Shown: positions 1 to 12,247 of the stretch, one piece after another
How positions within the stretch are numbered: the stretch's first letter is position 1
Layout of the letters: every line of letters begins with the position of its first letter
From: Octopus vulgaris
Taxonomy: Eukaryota
NCBI GenBank assembly: GCA_951406725.2
Contig: OX597815.1
Span: 31,930,001 to 31,994,000, forward strand
Direction of reading: 5' to 3'
DNA: 64,000 bases
Translations under genes and position numbers: made by a program
Notes under the pieces: model-generated
What the model was told of the DNA's origin: nothing
The model's database searches: none
The model's input: only the letters and a program-made list of their open reading frames with translations

Positions 1-5
1 TTATA

Positions 6-169
6 GGCGCATGAGTGGCTGTGTGGTAAGTAGCTTGTTTACCAACCACATGGTTCCGGGTTCAGTCCCACTGCGTGGCACCTTGGGCAAGTGTCTTCCA
101 CTATAGCCTCGGGCCGACCAAAGCCTTGTGAGTGGATTTGGTAGACGGAAACGAAAGAAGTCCGTCGTA

Positions 170-235
<66 letters not shown>

Positions 236-455
236 TGTGTGTGTTTGTGTGTCTATGTTTATCCCCCTAGCATTGCTTGACAACCGATGCTGGTGTGGTT
301 ATGTCCCCGTTACTTAGCGGTTCGGCAAAAGAGACCGATAGAATAAGTACTGGGCTTACAAAACAATAAGTTCCGGGGTCGACTTGCTCGATTAAAGGCG
401 GTGCTCCAGCATGGCCACAGTCAAATGACTGAAACAAGTAAAAGAGTAGAGTAAA
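6..455 (+). mobile_element. tRNA-derived SINE, family A (GGCGCAGGAGTGGCTGTGTGGTAAG... internal (TA)n ...GACTGAAACAAGTAAAAGAG)
   Basis: tRNA-like head with A/B boxes (TGGCTGTGTGG; GGTTCAGTCCC), internal (TA)n/(TG)n, conserved 3' tail; at least 11 near-identical copies in window. Confidence 0.9.
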
Positions 456-479
456 GAGTATAAGAACAGTTTTTTATAA

Positions 480-690
480 CAAGCTTTATATGGTTACCAT
501 TGTTTTGAATATACGTTGCAATACATTTACCCCACTCATTGTGAACTTGTAATAGCACATCTGGTGATACGCGAGCAAATGAGTTGGTGAAGCGCTCAAA
601 TGATTTATGCCTTTTATCTTTCCGTGACACACCATGCCTTTCAAATGCCCCCAAAGATAGAAATCAAGAGGGGTTAGATCAGGGGATCTT
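480..690 (-). mobile_element. Tc1/mariner transposase C-terminal fragment (frameshifted)
   Basis: Minus strand reads RSPDLTPLDFYLWGHLKGMV... then FARVSPDVLLQVHNEWGKCIATYIQNNGNHIK; SPDLxPxD-W motif. Confidence 0.8.
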
Positions 691-1039
691 ATAAACTGTT
701 ACTTATAAGAAAAGTAAATTTTTCCTATTTATGGAGACTTTTGAATCATTCTGTATATTGAATGATTTTTACCGATATGGACCGTTACTGGCTATTGTGA
801 ATTCCGGATTTTACCAGTATTGGTAAAAAGATTGCAATAGGATGATACATTTCTTCAAAGAACTAAGATCACAACTTCTGGAATCTTTAAAGTAGGAAGA
901 CATGTGCTCAATAATGGACCGATCGATTTTATAACTGTCATAATTCTTATTTTCATCTTATATTGTCAAAACTTAAATTCCAAACATTCATGGATAGTGA
1001 TGTGCTGAGGTATTCTCCTGAAAGCATTAATGAGTGTGT

Positions 1040-1190
1040 CGTTTTGTTCTTTTATGCCTTTCAGCCTAAAATAACTTTTTTTGACAAATAGGATGAAAGC
1101 TTTTTCGCCAATGAGATCCAAATGCTGCAACGGCGATAGATGCAAGTGGTGGTGGGGAGGTGGGGTGACTATGTTATAAAATAAACCTTA
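1040..1190 (+). mobile_element. degenerate mariner transposase C-terminus
   Basis: Reads FFDK*DESFFANEIQMLQRR*MQVV...GDYV, resembling the mariner 'FF..GI..L..RW..V...GDYVE' end. Confidence 0.55.
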
Positions 1191-1694
1191 TTTGGTCAAA
1201 TTTCATAGGAGTATCTTGGTCTACCTATGAGAAAATTAGTTAATGGATTAGATGATACAGTGAGAAAAATGTCGCTAAATTTCAAAAACCTTCTCATTTC
1301 ACTTTTCATTCAAAAGGTCATGTATGATAACATAAAGAAAAAAACAGCTTGTGATACGATTTAGAAAAGAAATCGTTAAACGATAGTGAAAAGACGACAG
1401 TGAAAATGGAAACAAAAATGAGAGAAATTTATCGTTGGAAACTTTCTCAAAGTGATTCTGTCTCTTGTACAATACACATGAAATATTTCAATTTTTGCAC
1501 GCAATTATTCTTCATCTCAAAAGACATAACATTGCGCCTGAAATTGTGTAGTAAACTGTAGATCTTTCGCAGACTGGGCGCAGTATAACCCGGAAAGACA
1601 AGATAACAAACGCTGCAGCACTAGAAAACAGGAAAGTTCAAAGACACTTATTGTCGAAGAATCAAGTCCACAAAGCCATAATATTTTGGACATA

Positions 1695-2103
1695 GGCATA
1701 GGAGTGGCTGTGTGGTAAGTAGCTTGCTTACCAACCACATGGTTCCGGGTTCAGTCCCACTGCGTGGCACCGTGGGTAAGTGTCTTCTACTATAGCCTCG
1801 GGCCGACCAAAGCCTTGTAACTGGATTTGGTAGACGGAAACTGAAAGAAGCCCGTCGTATATACATATATGTATATATGTGTGTGTGTGTCTGTGTTTGT
1901 CCCCCCCCCCCCAACATCGCTTGACAACCGATGCTGGTGTGTTTACGTCCCCGACACTTAGCGGTTCGGCAAAAAAGACCGATAGAATAAGTACTAGGCT
2001 TACAAAGAATAAGTCCTGGGGTCGATTTGCTCGACTAAAGGCAGTGCTCCAGCATGGCCGCAGTCAAATGACTGAAACAAGTTAAAGAGTAAAAGTAAAG
2101 AGT
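1695..2103 (+). mobile_element. SINE family A
   Basis: Full-length match to the copy at 6-455. Confidence 0.9.
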
Positions 2104-2237
2104 ATATAATGTGCCACGAGTCATTGCCCAACGCCATCCTGAAAGGGAGTACAGAGGAGAAAAGAGCAAGAAGACGTCAGAGTCATTTGTGAACAGATCA
2201 CATCAAAGAATAGATGGAAACAAAAGCCTGACTGATT

Positions 2238-2657
2238 GTTATTTCTTTATTGCCCACAAGGGGCTGAACACAGAGAGGACAAATAAGGACAGACAAACGG
2301 ATTAAGTCGATTATATCGACCCAAGTGTGTAACTGGTACTTAATTTATCGACCCCGAAAAGATGAAAGGCAAAGTCAACCTCAGCGGAATTTGAACTCAG
2401 AACGTAACGGCAGACGAAATACCTATTTCTTTACTACCCTCAAGGGGCTAAACACAGAGAGGACAAACAAGGACCGACAAACGGATTAAGTCGGTTATAT
2501 CGACCCCAGTGCGTAACTGGTACTTAATTTATCGACCCCCAAAAGGATGAAAGGCAAAGTCAACCTCAGCGGAATTTGAACTCAGAACGTAACGACAGAC
2601 GAAATACGGCTAAGCATTTCGCCCAGCGTGCTAACGATTCTGCCAAATTGCCGCCCT
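2238..2657 (-). mobile_element. SINE family B with partial tandem duplication, inserted in an RTE-like 3' remnant
   Basis: Reverse complement of GGCGGCGAGCTGGCAGAA...GAGTTCAAATTCCGCC...CATCCTTTCGGGGTCGATAAATTAAGTACCAG; about 185-bp body repeated twice; TSD-like TGACTGATTGT on both sides. Confidence 0.85.
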
Positions 2658-3114
2658 AGCTTGACTGATTGTATGCATACAGCACAACACATGAGAGGTT
2701 TGAGAAGCCGATACACAAGGACTACACCCGGCTACTGATTATTAAGGATATCACTTCTCTAATTCAACTTACTCCCGCTTTGCAGCAATATTAAATGCTT
2801 TTCAACTAAGTTACGTTGACAACTCAATTTCTTTTTACTGTTACAATGCTCATAAGCAGAAACGAAAGCAAGGACAAACCAGTTATATTAACGACATTGT
2901 AACTGCTTTCTCTTACATATTTCATAAGTTCAATAACAAATTTCATCTCTGAATTGACCAATGAATACAAGCGCATCTCAAAAGCATTTGTTGTCACTCT
3001 GATATAAGACTTTGGTTTAATATTAACTTGGCACAGGATCCTAAAGAACTAGCAAGGCAGTTTCCATTGAGGAAGCTTCTACCATTACACATTCGGTGAC
3101 GGAATTATTATCGT

Positions 3115-3500
3115 TGTTCTTTACGTTCTGAGTTCAAATTCCGCCGAGGTCGACTTTGCCTTTCATCTTTTCTGGGTCCATAAATTAAGTACCAGTTATG
3201 TACTGGAGTCGATCTAATCGACTGCCCCCCGCCACCGCCACAAATTGCAGGCCTTGTGTCTTGAGTAGAAAAGATTATTATTGCTGTTGTTGTTGTTGTT
3301 AGGGTGACGAGCTGGTTAGCACACCGAGTGAAATGCTTATTTTGTGAACTTCACGTTCTGAGTTCAAATTCCATCGAGATCGACTTTGCCTTTCATTCTT
3401 TCGGGGTCGATAAATTAAGTACCAGTGAAACACTGGGGTCGATGTAATCGACTCATCCCCTCTCCCGAAATGGCTACCCTTGTGACAAAATTTGAAACTA
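3115..3500 (+). mobile_element. two head-to-tail SINE family B copies
   Basis: Repeated TTCTGAGTTCAAATTCC...GACTTTGCCTTTCATC...GTACCAG core. Confidence 0.8.
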
Positions 3501-3539
3501 CTATTATTATTCTCATTTACTTTTAATCTGCATGTTTGT

Positions 3540-3885
3540 TACAATCACTTTTCGAGATACACCAAGAGTCCTAGGGCGAGTGAAGCATAACTGAAAGCTT
3601 AGGAAGGTGAAGTGGCAGGAGTAGTTGCAAAATATCTTCATGTAATACAACAGACATTAAAATTGATAGGGTTTTTCTGAGGATGTGGGCAGTACTTGTC
3701 AGCACAATCTTTTGGATTTCTCTGAGACATGATTCTGGAATGTTATCTAGATGTTTTTGACATCCCTTTAGCATACCTAGGGCACCTACAATAACGGGAA
3801 CAGTTCTCGATTTAAGATGCCACATCTTTTGTATTTCAATTTCAAGGTCGTTATATTTACTTAATTTGTTAAAGTCCTTTACAGA
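3540..3885 (-). mobile_element. RLE-type non-LTR retrotransposon (R4/Dong-like) 3' fragment
   Basis: KYNDLEIEIQKMWHLKSRTVPVIVGALG...LREIQKIVLTSTAHILRKTLS, the typical restriction-like endonuclease C-terminus. Confidence 0.8.
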
Positions 3886-4099
3886 ATTTAAAAGGTTGTA
3901 ACTAAATAAAAGAAAAAAAAAATATTGTTCAACACAAACGATTCCACCAATCAGTACATCTCTAATTTTGGTACGAGGCCACGTATTTGGGAAACGAGTT
4001 TAATCGATCAAATTTTGGGACTAATATTAAAAACAAATGTCGAAACAAAATTTTATCATAAGTAAAGATAAATAAATTATTGAAATAGAACATACAGAC

Positions 4100-4241
4100 C
4101 ATATATGGTATTTTAGCCATCCGTAGATATGTCTCCAATTTCATCGGAAACGGTGACACGCTAGGTGCATGAGGACCACGTCCCATTTGATACAGCAGAA
4201 CAGTATTTTTGGGAATTTCACGCTTTTTCTGGAAATAGATC
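4100..4241 (-). CDS. FAXC-like (failed axon connections / metaxin-GST family) coding exon 2
   Basis: Acceptor TTTCATAG, donor GTCTGT (weak); encodes (K)IYFQKKREIPKNTVLLYQMGRGPHAPSVSPFPMKLETYLRMAKIPYM; the SPFxxKLETYLRMAxIPY motif is diagnostic of FAX/metaxin-like GST-N domains; phase 2 entry matches exon 1. Confidence 0.88.
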
Positions 4242-4458
4242 CTATGAAATTACATATATATGTATAAGAATTCATAAACAAAGCGGAAAAGTATTCAATA
4301 CATGTAATAATGAACTAAATGCTGAAGTTCCCCTACATTAGAATCTTGTGTCTGCTTTCCAGCTTTTTATATGCATACATATGTTTGCTTATAGATAGGT
4401 ATGGGAATGTTTAGATGTATAAGAACGTGTGTGCATGTATGTTATATATACATGTTTG

Positions 4459-4910
4459 GGATCATTTCGGTTTGAACGGCAGTTTTTTCTAGCGGTGTCA
4501 TATGAAATTGTCACCCATAATTATAACCCTAGTATCGATCTATTGCATTTCAATCTGTTTTAGGGTTAGGGTTAGTTAGGGTTAGGGTTAGGGTTAGAGT
4601 TAGGGTTAGGGGTGGGGGGAAGGGTATCTTTTTTTTCACAAATGTAAATAAACCCAATCTGTTTCTTAAACAAGGGACATATTCATACGGCACAGAATGT
4701 TTTTTTTACCTCAATTGACGTCATTGATTGGTTGAAATTGCAGAAATTGAAGAAAAAAACCCCACAAATATCTTACAAACTATAGAATTTTCTCAATAAA
4801 GCCAAGAGAAAAAGATGTTTTATAAACACATTCTACCAGTATACGAAGTTAAAAATTTTTTAGCTACCTAAAAATTATGTTAAAAACTGCCGTTCAAACC
4901 GAAAAGATCC
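4459..4910. mobile_element. non-autonomous DNA transposon (MITE) with about 28-bp TIRs, 8-bp TSD and internal (TTAGGG)n; Merlin-like
   Basis: Left TIR GGATCATTTCGGTTTGAACGGCAGTTTTT; right TIR reverse complement GGATCTTTTCGGTTTGAACGGCAGTTTTT; TSD CATGTTTG at 4451-4458 and 4911-4918. Confidence 0.85.
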
Positions 4911-5230
4911 CATGTTTGTAAATATTTTTGTACACAAAGCCTGCTATATAAACAGACTTTGTAAATTTAGTATCTCTCCTCTTTTTCTCTCACTATCTTA
5001 TTTCTTTTACTTCTCTCTGATAAAGGACATTATCTAAAACGTTAGTTCCTCCTCTGTTACATTTATCTGAAGTAGTTACTTTCCTTGAACGCATTCTTTC
5101 ATTGTTACTCTTCCTTTCACTGAATTTTTCTACACTTGTTTAACTTCGTATGTTATTTATCTGTTTGGTTCCTCCTTACTTCATAATTTCCCTTGATTCA
5201 CTTTATATTATCTACTTTACATACATATGT

Positions 5231-5480
5231 GGAGGTGCGTCGCTTAGTGGTTAGGGTGTCAGCATCATGATCGTAAGATTGTGGTTTCGATTCCTGGACC
5301 GGGCGACGCGTTGTGTTCGTGAGCAAAACACTTCATTTCACGTTGCTCCAGTCCACTCAGCTGACAAAAATGAGTAATGCTGCGATGGACTGGCATCCCG
5401 TCCAGCTGGGGAACACATACGCCATAGAAACCAGGAAACCGGGCCCATGAGCCTGGTTAGGCTTTAAAAGGGCGCATTTA
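5231..5480 (+). mobile_element. tRNA-derived SINE, family C
   Basis: GGAGGTGCGTCGCTTAGTGGTTAGG...GGTTTCGATTCC head plus GAGCAAAACACTTCATTTCACGTTGCTCCAG core; related copies at 8452, 29835, 42495, 54152. Confidence 0.8.
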
Positions 5481-6493
5481 TTTATATTATATATATATGC
5501 ATGAGTGTGTGTGCGGGGTGGGGGTGTTATGTTTATATATGTAAGCATGAATTTATGTATATTATTATCAAGTTTTATTTCTAAATTTCTTACCAATGGA
5601 GAATTTCCTTAAGAGCTGTCTTAATAGAAATCTACGTCAGGTTATTTATAATTTCTTATTTATGTTGGTTGGTTGGTTTATTCAGCATTTTCTGAAGATG
5701 CTCAGTCATCTTTTGCTCTATCATTTGTCTTTGATACATCCATACAAGCTGGGCCATAGAATGCACTAAGATTTTCAAAAAATATTTGTGTATTGTTTGT
5801 GTTGGCATACATTTATATCTCTTGAGCTCTTCCAGTCATTTACTTTTTGTGACTTTTAGTTTCCTTTTATAGGAGAGCACATTTTCCTGAACGCAAAGGT
5901 TTGTTTTGTATTGTAAGTTGGCTTCGTTGCTAACAGCTTTAATTGGCCTATTCTTGAAGGAAAACATTTTGCTATCTCATCAAACTATTCTTTGTGGCAA
6001 CTATGTATACGGTCAAGGTGTACAGCATCTCTTAAAAAAAAAACCAGGTGCTCTATTTGCCATCAGGATTGAAGGACGATTTGTTGAACTTTTCAAAGGG
6101 AGCTTCAGAAATGGCTTTATGACGTTGATGATTTAAAGATTCACCTCCGACTTTCTTGGTGTTAGATTTACCGTAAAATAATTTTTTCTTGCTTCTTATC
6201 TGGAATCCGTTCCTAAGGGACTAAGCGATAGAATTATAGAATCATTTCTCTGAAACATGAAAAGAAAAATAAATTTGTTAACGCTCCAATCGTCACCTTT
6301 ACTTACAATGAGTCTATTACCGCCTTCTTGATCGACTAGGGAAGGGCATTACTTGACCCCGAAAGGATGGAATGCAAAGTCAACTGTAATGGCAATTTAC
6401 TCCTGTAAATGTCAGAAGAATACTAACAATATTCTGTGTAATTCTTACTCTTCATAGCAAGACACTTAGAAACACAAATGGTCTCTCTTTCTT

Positions 6494-6560
<67 letters not shown>

Positions 6561-6938
6561 CTATTGTGAAATGGTGTGAAAGGTTCCCCCCTCGCCCTAA
6601 CCCACTTTTCTCCGAACCAAAATAAGGGATTAGTAGCATATTAGAGGGTCAGGGTACTTGATTCCATGCAAAAAAAATCCGAGTTTTTTTTTTCTTTTTT
6701 CTTAGTGAAAATCGCACGGGTGTTAATCTAAAAATTTACCAAAATAAGTTGACTAAAACACAGCCATGATCGTGAGCAATGTCCTAAAAATGGAGCGATA
6801 GTGCGCTAATTTGTGGACGTGCATAAATTACATTTGTCTATCAAAAACATCCTAAATTGGAAGACTATATCTCGTGTTTGAAAAAAGACATTTTACTTTT
6901 TTATTTTTGATGAACGCTGTAACTCTATCTCCCTCACA

Positions 6939-6941
<3 letters not shown>

Positions 6942-7023
<82 letters not shown>

Positions 7024-7064
7024 ATATATGTATATATATATATATGTATATATATGTATGTATA

Positions 7065-7162
<98 letters not shown>

Positions 7163-7171
7163 GTATATATA

Positions 7172-7204
<33 letters not shown>

Positions 7205-7215
7205 ATATATATATG

Positions 7216-7310
<95 letters not shown>
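6942..7310. repeat. (TA)n microsatellite followed by (GA)n
   Basis: Directly visible; source of the YIYIYI ORFs. Confidence 0.97.
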
Positions 7311-7311
<1 letters not shown>

Positions 7312-7809
7312 CTTACATAGAGAGAGGGGAGGGCAAGAAAGAGTGTGAGGGAGAGAGAGAGAGAGAGAGAGAAAAAGAGAGAGAGAGTGAGAGTGAGAGG
7401 TATATATGCGATAGTTAATAACACAGAAAGAAAAATTCTAAAATTTATTCTTTCTGTGCAGCCCAGTACTATGTGACTCGCGACCCGTAGGTTAGGAACC
7501 TCTGTTTTACACGATCACTCAATCTGCTAGAAATAGTAGGCAGATCATTACTATTGAAACGTTTTTGATCATAGAGGTTTTCTGTATTAAGGCTCACCTA
7601 CAGTTAACAACAACAACAATAACAGATTACTGTTCTTTCTAATCTGAGATTTTATCCCGATTTCTAAGAGGATTCCTTGTTAAATGAGTCTGTCACTAAT
7701 TTTTAATTAGTTCCGGAATTGCTTTGATGTAGCAGGTCTGAGATCAAAGTAATTCCACCAATAACCAATACATCGTTATTTTACAGGCAGCTGTTTCGTT
7801 GTGATATAT

Positions 7810-8221
7810 CTCTCTTTCTTTACTCTCTTTTACTTGTTTCAGTCATTTGACTGCGGCCATGCTGGAACACCGCCTTTAATCGAGCGACTCGACCCCGGGA
7901 CTTATTCTTTGTAAGCCCAGTGCTTATTCCATCGGTCTGTTTTGCCGAACCGCTAAGTGACGGGGACATAAACACACCAGCATCGGTTGTCAAGCCGTGC
8001 TAGGGGGACAAACACAGACACACAAACATACACGCACACACATATATATATATATATATACATATATACGACGGGCTTCTTTCACTTTCCGTCACATAAG
8101 GCTTTGGTCGGCCCGAGGCTATAGTAGAAGACACTTGCCCAAGGTGCAACGCAGTGGGACTGAACCCGGAACCATGTGTTTGGTAAGCAAGCTACTTACC
8201 ACACAGCCACTCCTGCGCCTA
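7810..8221 (-). mobile_element. SINE family A
   Basis: Reverse-complement near full-length copy. Confidence 0.9.
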
Positions 8222-8310
8222 TCTGTTGCGTTTTAATTAAACTAATACTTATCTTTCAATATTTCTATAGATTCATATAACAACGAGATTCCAGTGCACG
8301 CATGCATGCA

Positions 8311-8365
<55 letters not shown>

Positions 8366-8451
8366 ATCTGTCTACCGTTGTTATTGCCATTTAGCCCCAG
8401 GTTAATTCTGGCCCAATAGTCCTATGACCAAAAGCATTGTACTCATCTTGT

Positions 8452-8690
8452 TGGCGCGTGGCTTAGTGGTTAAGGTTGTTTGACTCATGAGCGTAAGATT
8501 GCGGTTTCGACACCCAGACCAGGCGATGCGTTGTGTTCTTGAGCAAAACACTTCATTTCACGCTGCTCCAGTTCACTCAAGTGGCAAAAATTCTGCGACG
8601 GACCGGTGTCTCGTCCAGGTGGGCAATTTACACGCCATGAAACCGGGAAACAGGCCCTAAAAAATCGGTACGACTCGAGAAGGTAACTTA
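8452..8690 (+). mobile_element. SINE family C
   Basis: Matches 5231-5480. Confidence 0.8.
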
Positions 8691-8984
8691 AATTTTATTG
8701 TTCTCATCTTCACCCCATCTTTTATTTTAAAGGCACAGGGTAACTCGGGATACGTTATACGACGTGTCTTTAAAAAAAAGAAGAAATGATGGAAAGGTGT
8801 GACACGTGGAAGATTTTTAACTTTAAAAAAAGTACACAACAAAAAAAGCTTATATGATGTCACTCGACCTTTCACAAATAATAACTAATTATCTCTCCGC
8901 TCATAACATACCACGGGAGTAGCTAAAGTTTGTACGACTCAGATCTGTCCTTGAGTTTGTAACCCACGCTCTACGAAAAGCACA

Positions 8985-9018
8985 ATACATACATACATAC
9001 ATACATACATACATACAT

Positions 9019-9057
<39 letters not shown>

Positions 9058-9328
9058 CATACATACATACATACATACATACATACATACATACATACAT
9101 ACATACATACATACATACACACATACACACACACACACATACATACATACATACATACATACATACATACACACACACACGCATACATACATACATACAT
9201 ACATACACACATACACACATACATACATACATACAGACATACATACATACATATTACATACATACATACATACATACATACACACACACACATACATACA
9301 TACATACATACACACACATACATACATA

Positions 9329-9402
<74 letters not shown>

Positions 9403-9452
9403 CATACATACATACATACATACATACATACATACGCACACACATACATACA
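8985..9452. repeat. (CATA)n/(CA)n microsatellite
   Basis: Directly visible. Confidence 0.97.
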
Positions 9453-9691
9453 AGTACTGGAAATCGGAGGCTTTCAGTTATAATGCATTAAAGAATATTC
9501 TACATTTATATTAAGTCCTATAATTTACCTCACCCCATAAAAAATGGAAGAATTGTGTTAGATATTGAGTATACTCTTAGATTGGGTTAAAAAGATGGCA
9601 AAAAAATGTTGTTGATCTTAGCTTTTCTTAACCTAGGATTAAACCACAATAACACAAACACACAGGTAATAAATTCTGAAAGTGTCCTTAC

Positions 9692-9765
9692 TTGTAAACT
9701 AGGAAAGCCAGTAAGACTGGCGCTAGAAGAAGAAGGGTCCAATAGCAGATCGGCAAGAGTTCCAT
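9692..9765 (-). CDS. FAXC-like coding exon 1 (N-terminal hydrophobic anchor)
   Basis: ATG at 9765; MELLPICYWTLLLLAPVLLAFLVY + AA, donor GTAAGG; splices in frame to 4241 (AA+G = Lys). Confidence 0.75.
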
Positions 9766-10884
9766 CTCGATATAAGGAGAACTAAAGAAATGATTCGACC
9801 CGTAAGACAACAGATAAAACAATAAGAGATTAGAGAAAATGAAATTATCGTTTCACTAGTTTTGGTTTCCTTAACCCATTATCACCTGTTCTTCTCTCAC
9901 TATCCCACCACCACCATCACCTTCACCATCACCACCCTCCTCGTCTTATAAGATTGTCAGAGTCGTGTGGGAGTGTAAGTGAGTGAGTGAGTGAGAAAGA
10001 GAATGAGATTAGTATGTGTGTGTGTGTATAATGACTTGACTTGCAAGAAACTAAGCTCTTACACAAACCGAGAGTGGTGCTAAATCTATACGGTTTGCTA
10101 GAAATGATATCCAATTCTCCTTCAAATTTCAATGGACCGTCCGAAAAAGTAAATACATATTCGGAATAATTTGAATACAGGATAAAAATATAACAGAAAG
10201 CTAGCCATTGACTTTAAAACACGTGTACGAATTTCGACAGTGTTCTAGGGAGGCACATTTGTCGGTCAAAGTTGACCATATACATAGGTGTAAATGTAAA
10301 TATAAATCTATCATATGTAACAGAAGCAATATTAGATTAAAATAATCATCCGTATAACATATTAAATCCAAATACATCGTTAAAGCTTAATTGTAGTATT
10401 CTTCCAGTTAACATCTCTTATGGACGTAATTTGTTTAAAAACACAGATACATCAGTAGCAGACGAAAATCGCCCAGAAGCAGCGGTGGCAATGTAAGATA
10501 TGCATTTCTGCTTCGCTGGACTTTGCTTGTAGCTTGTACTCACTGTACTACAGCAATTAAATTGCGTTTTCGCGGTGTATTTGCATTAAGTATGATACAT
10601 AGGTGGCTGTAGAAATATGCGGGCGCTTGCGTGTGCAAGTGTGTATGTGTGTGTGCGTGTGTGTATGTGTGGTTTTGTGTACGCGTGCGTGAGCGTGGGT
10701 ACCACATTCGCAGACATGAACGAGATTTTATGTCGAAGTCAGGTAGTTGTCCATGCATGCAGTTCTTTAATCTTAATTCCAAACCAATGTTGCCCAAGAC
10801 AAAGGCCACCTACCAGTGCCGATCTTCAGTTCTTGGTGTCCCCTGCAGGTTGAATTTTAACACAGTTATTTATATGATATTTTA

Positions 10885-11555
10885 TAAAAATTACTCACGA
10901 GGATTGGAGACACTGATGGTCCTTTGGAAGACATTCATCCTCAGCATCTTAAACTACTGCTCCCAACTATGGTCACCACACAATATAAAGTTAGCAGCAG
11001 AACTCGAAGCAATTCAACGAAGCTACACTAAGAAGATCGTCTCAACGCAACATATCAGCTACTGGGAAAGACTGAAAGTACTAAAGCTCTTCTCCCTGGA
11101 GCGAAGGCGGGAGAGATATGCAGTGATATACATCTGGAAAATCCTGGAGGGTCTTGTCTCAAACTTTGGCATTCAAAGTTACCCCAACAGTAGAACGGGG
11201 CGCCACTGCAGGGTGCCAAAGATCCCAACATCACCATCAGAATACAGGACTAGATACTGCAACAGCTTGGGTTTCAGAGGACCACGGCTCTTCAATATCC
11301 TTCCTAAATGCCTGAAAGACATGCATGGTGTGGATGTGGGTTTCTTTAAAACTAAACTGGATCTCTTCTTGTCAGGGGCCTCAGATGAACCTACCTCTCG
11401 GCAGGAAACACAGATGCGGGCAGCGGCATCGAACTCCCTTGTTGATCAAGTGCCACGTATCAGAGGTGGTTTCACATACTAGTGTAGCTCATTCAACGGT
11501 GGTGCCCCAGCATGGCCGAAGCCTTCGGGCTGAAACATTTTAAGGATTTAAAGAT
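10885..11555 (+). mobile_element. 5'-truncated CR1/L2-group LINE (RT C-terminal/thumb region plus 3' UTR)
   Basis: LWKTFILSILNYCSQLWSP...LEAIQRSYTKKI...YWERLKVLKLFSLERRRERYAVIYIWKILEG; stop at 11482, then a structured tail. Confidence 0.85.
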
Positions 11556-12247
11556 TTGAGGAGAAAAAAAAAACAAGACATTTTTATCATTAAATATAAA
11601 TAAAAGAAACAGAAATTTGCAAAGAAAACTTGTAACAACGAAATATATATGTATATAGGCAAGAAGACCATTTTTAATTCATACGACAGCATAGAGAACA
11701 GCAAATAGTTCAACAAATTCTCTTTGACAAAAAATATCATCCTGTAGAATATCAACAATTATGGATGAGAGAAAATACTTCTGGAAAACATTCTGCAATA
11801 CTGTAGAATAGGTAGACTTTCAATTTTTCCGATATTCAGAGTTATCTTCCTTGCTTGTCATAATATCTCTTTGCTTATTTCATTTCTCCTTTTCATACCA
11901 ACCCACTTGTGACTGCCCCTTGTTCATTAATGCAAACATCCAATTTTAACATGATTTAAATTAAAACTTTCCTTCAAACTTTAAGCTCCAAATACCAGCT
12001 TAATGATGACAAAGTTATTTTACTAAATTCTTCATTATTTTTTTAATAAAGTGAAACAAAAGTTGTGTAATTTCAACCGAAATAATGGTAATATAATGGT
12101 AATGCACTGTAGAAACCCTTAAGCTAATCATGGAAGTAGGCATTCCCGTATGAGACTAAATTACGGAGGCATACCCACTTTTATTTCTAAATATTTAGTG
12201 AGGTTGGTATTTTACGACCATAATAACATTTCAGAACCGTAACCAGA

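Noticed and set aside
4560-4612. True telomere or chromosome fusion site
   Set aside because: Only about 8 units, enclosed within a TIR/TSD-bounded transposon
5231-5300. tRNA genes at SINE heads
   Set aside because: A/B boxes are present but the acceptor stems are imperfect and each continues into a SINE body
6172-6249. Good-looking minus-strand acceptor/donor pair inside the FAXC-like intron
   Set aside because: Stops in all three frames; at most a non-coding or poison exon, with no support
6874-9453. Long ORFs of YIYI/MYVC repeats (also HTHT/CVCV at 49101-50213 and poly-H/D/M at 55280-55615)
   Set aside because: Stop-free translations of microsatellites; no coding evidence
10631-11482. 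283-aa ORF as a host gene
   Set aside because: N-terminus is (TG)n-derived read-through; the remainder is LINE RT C-terminus
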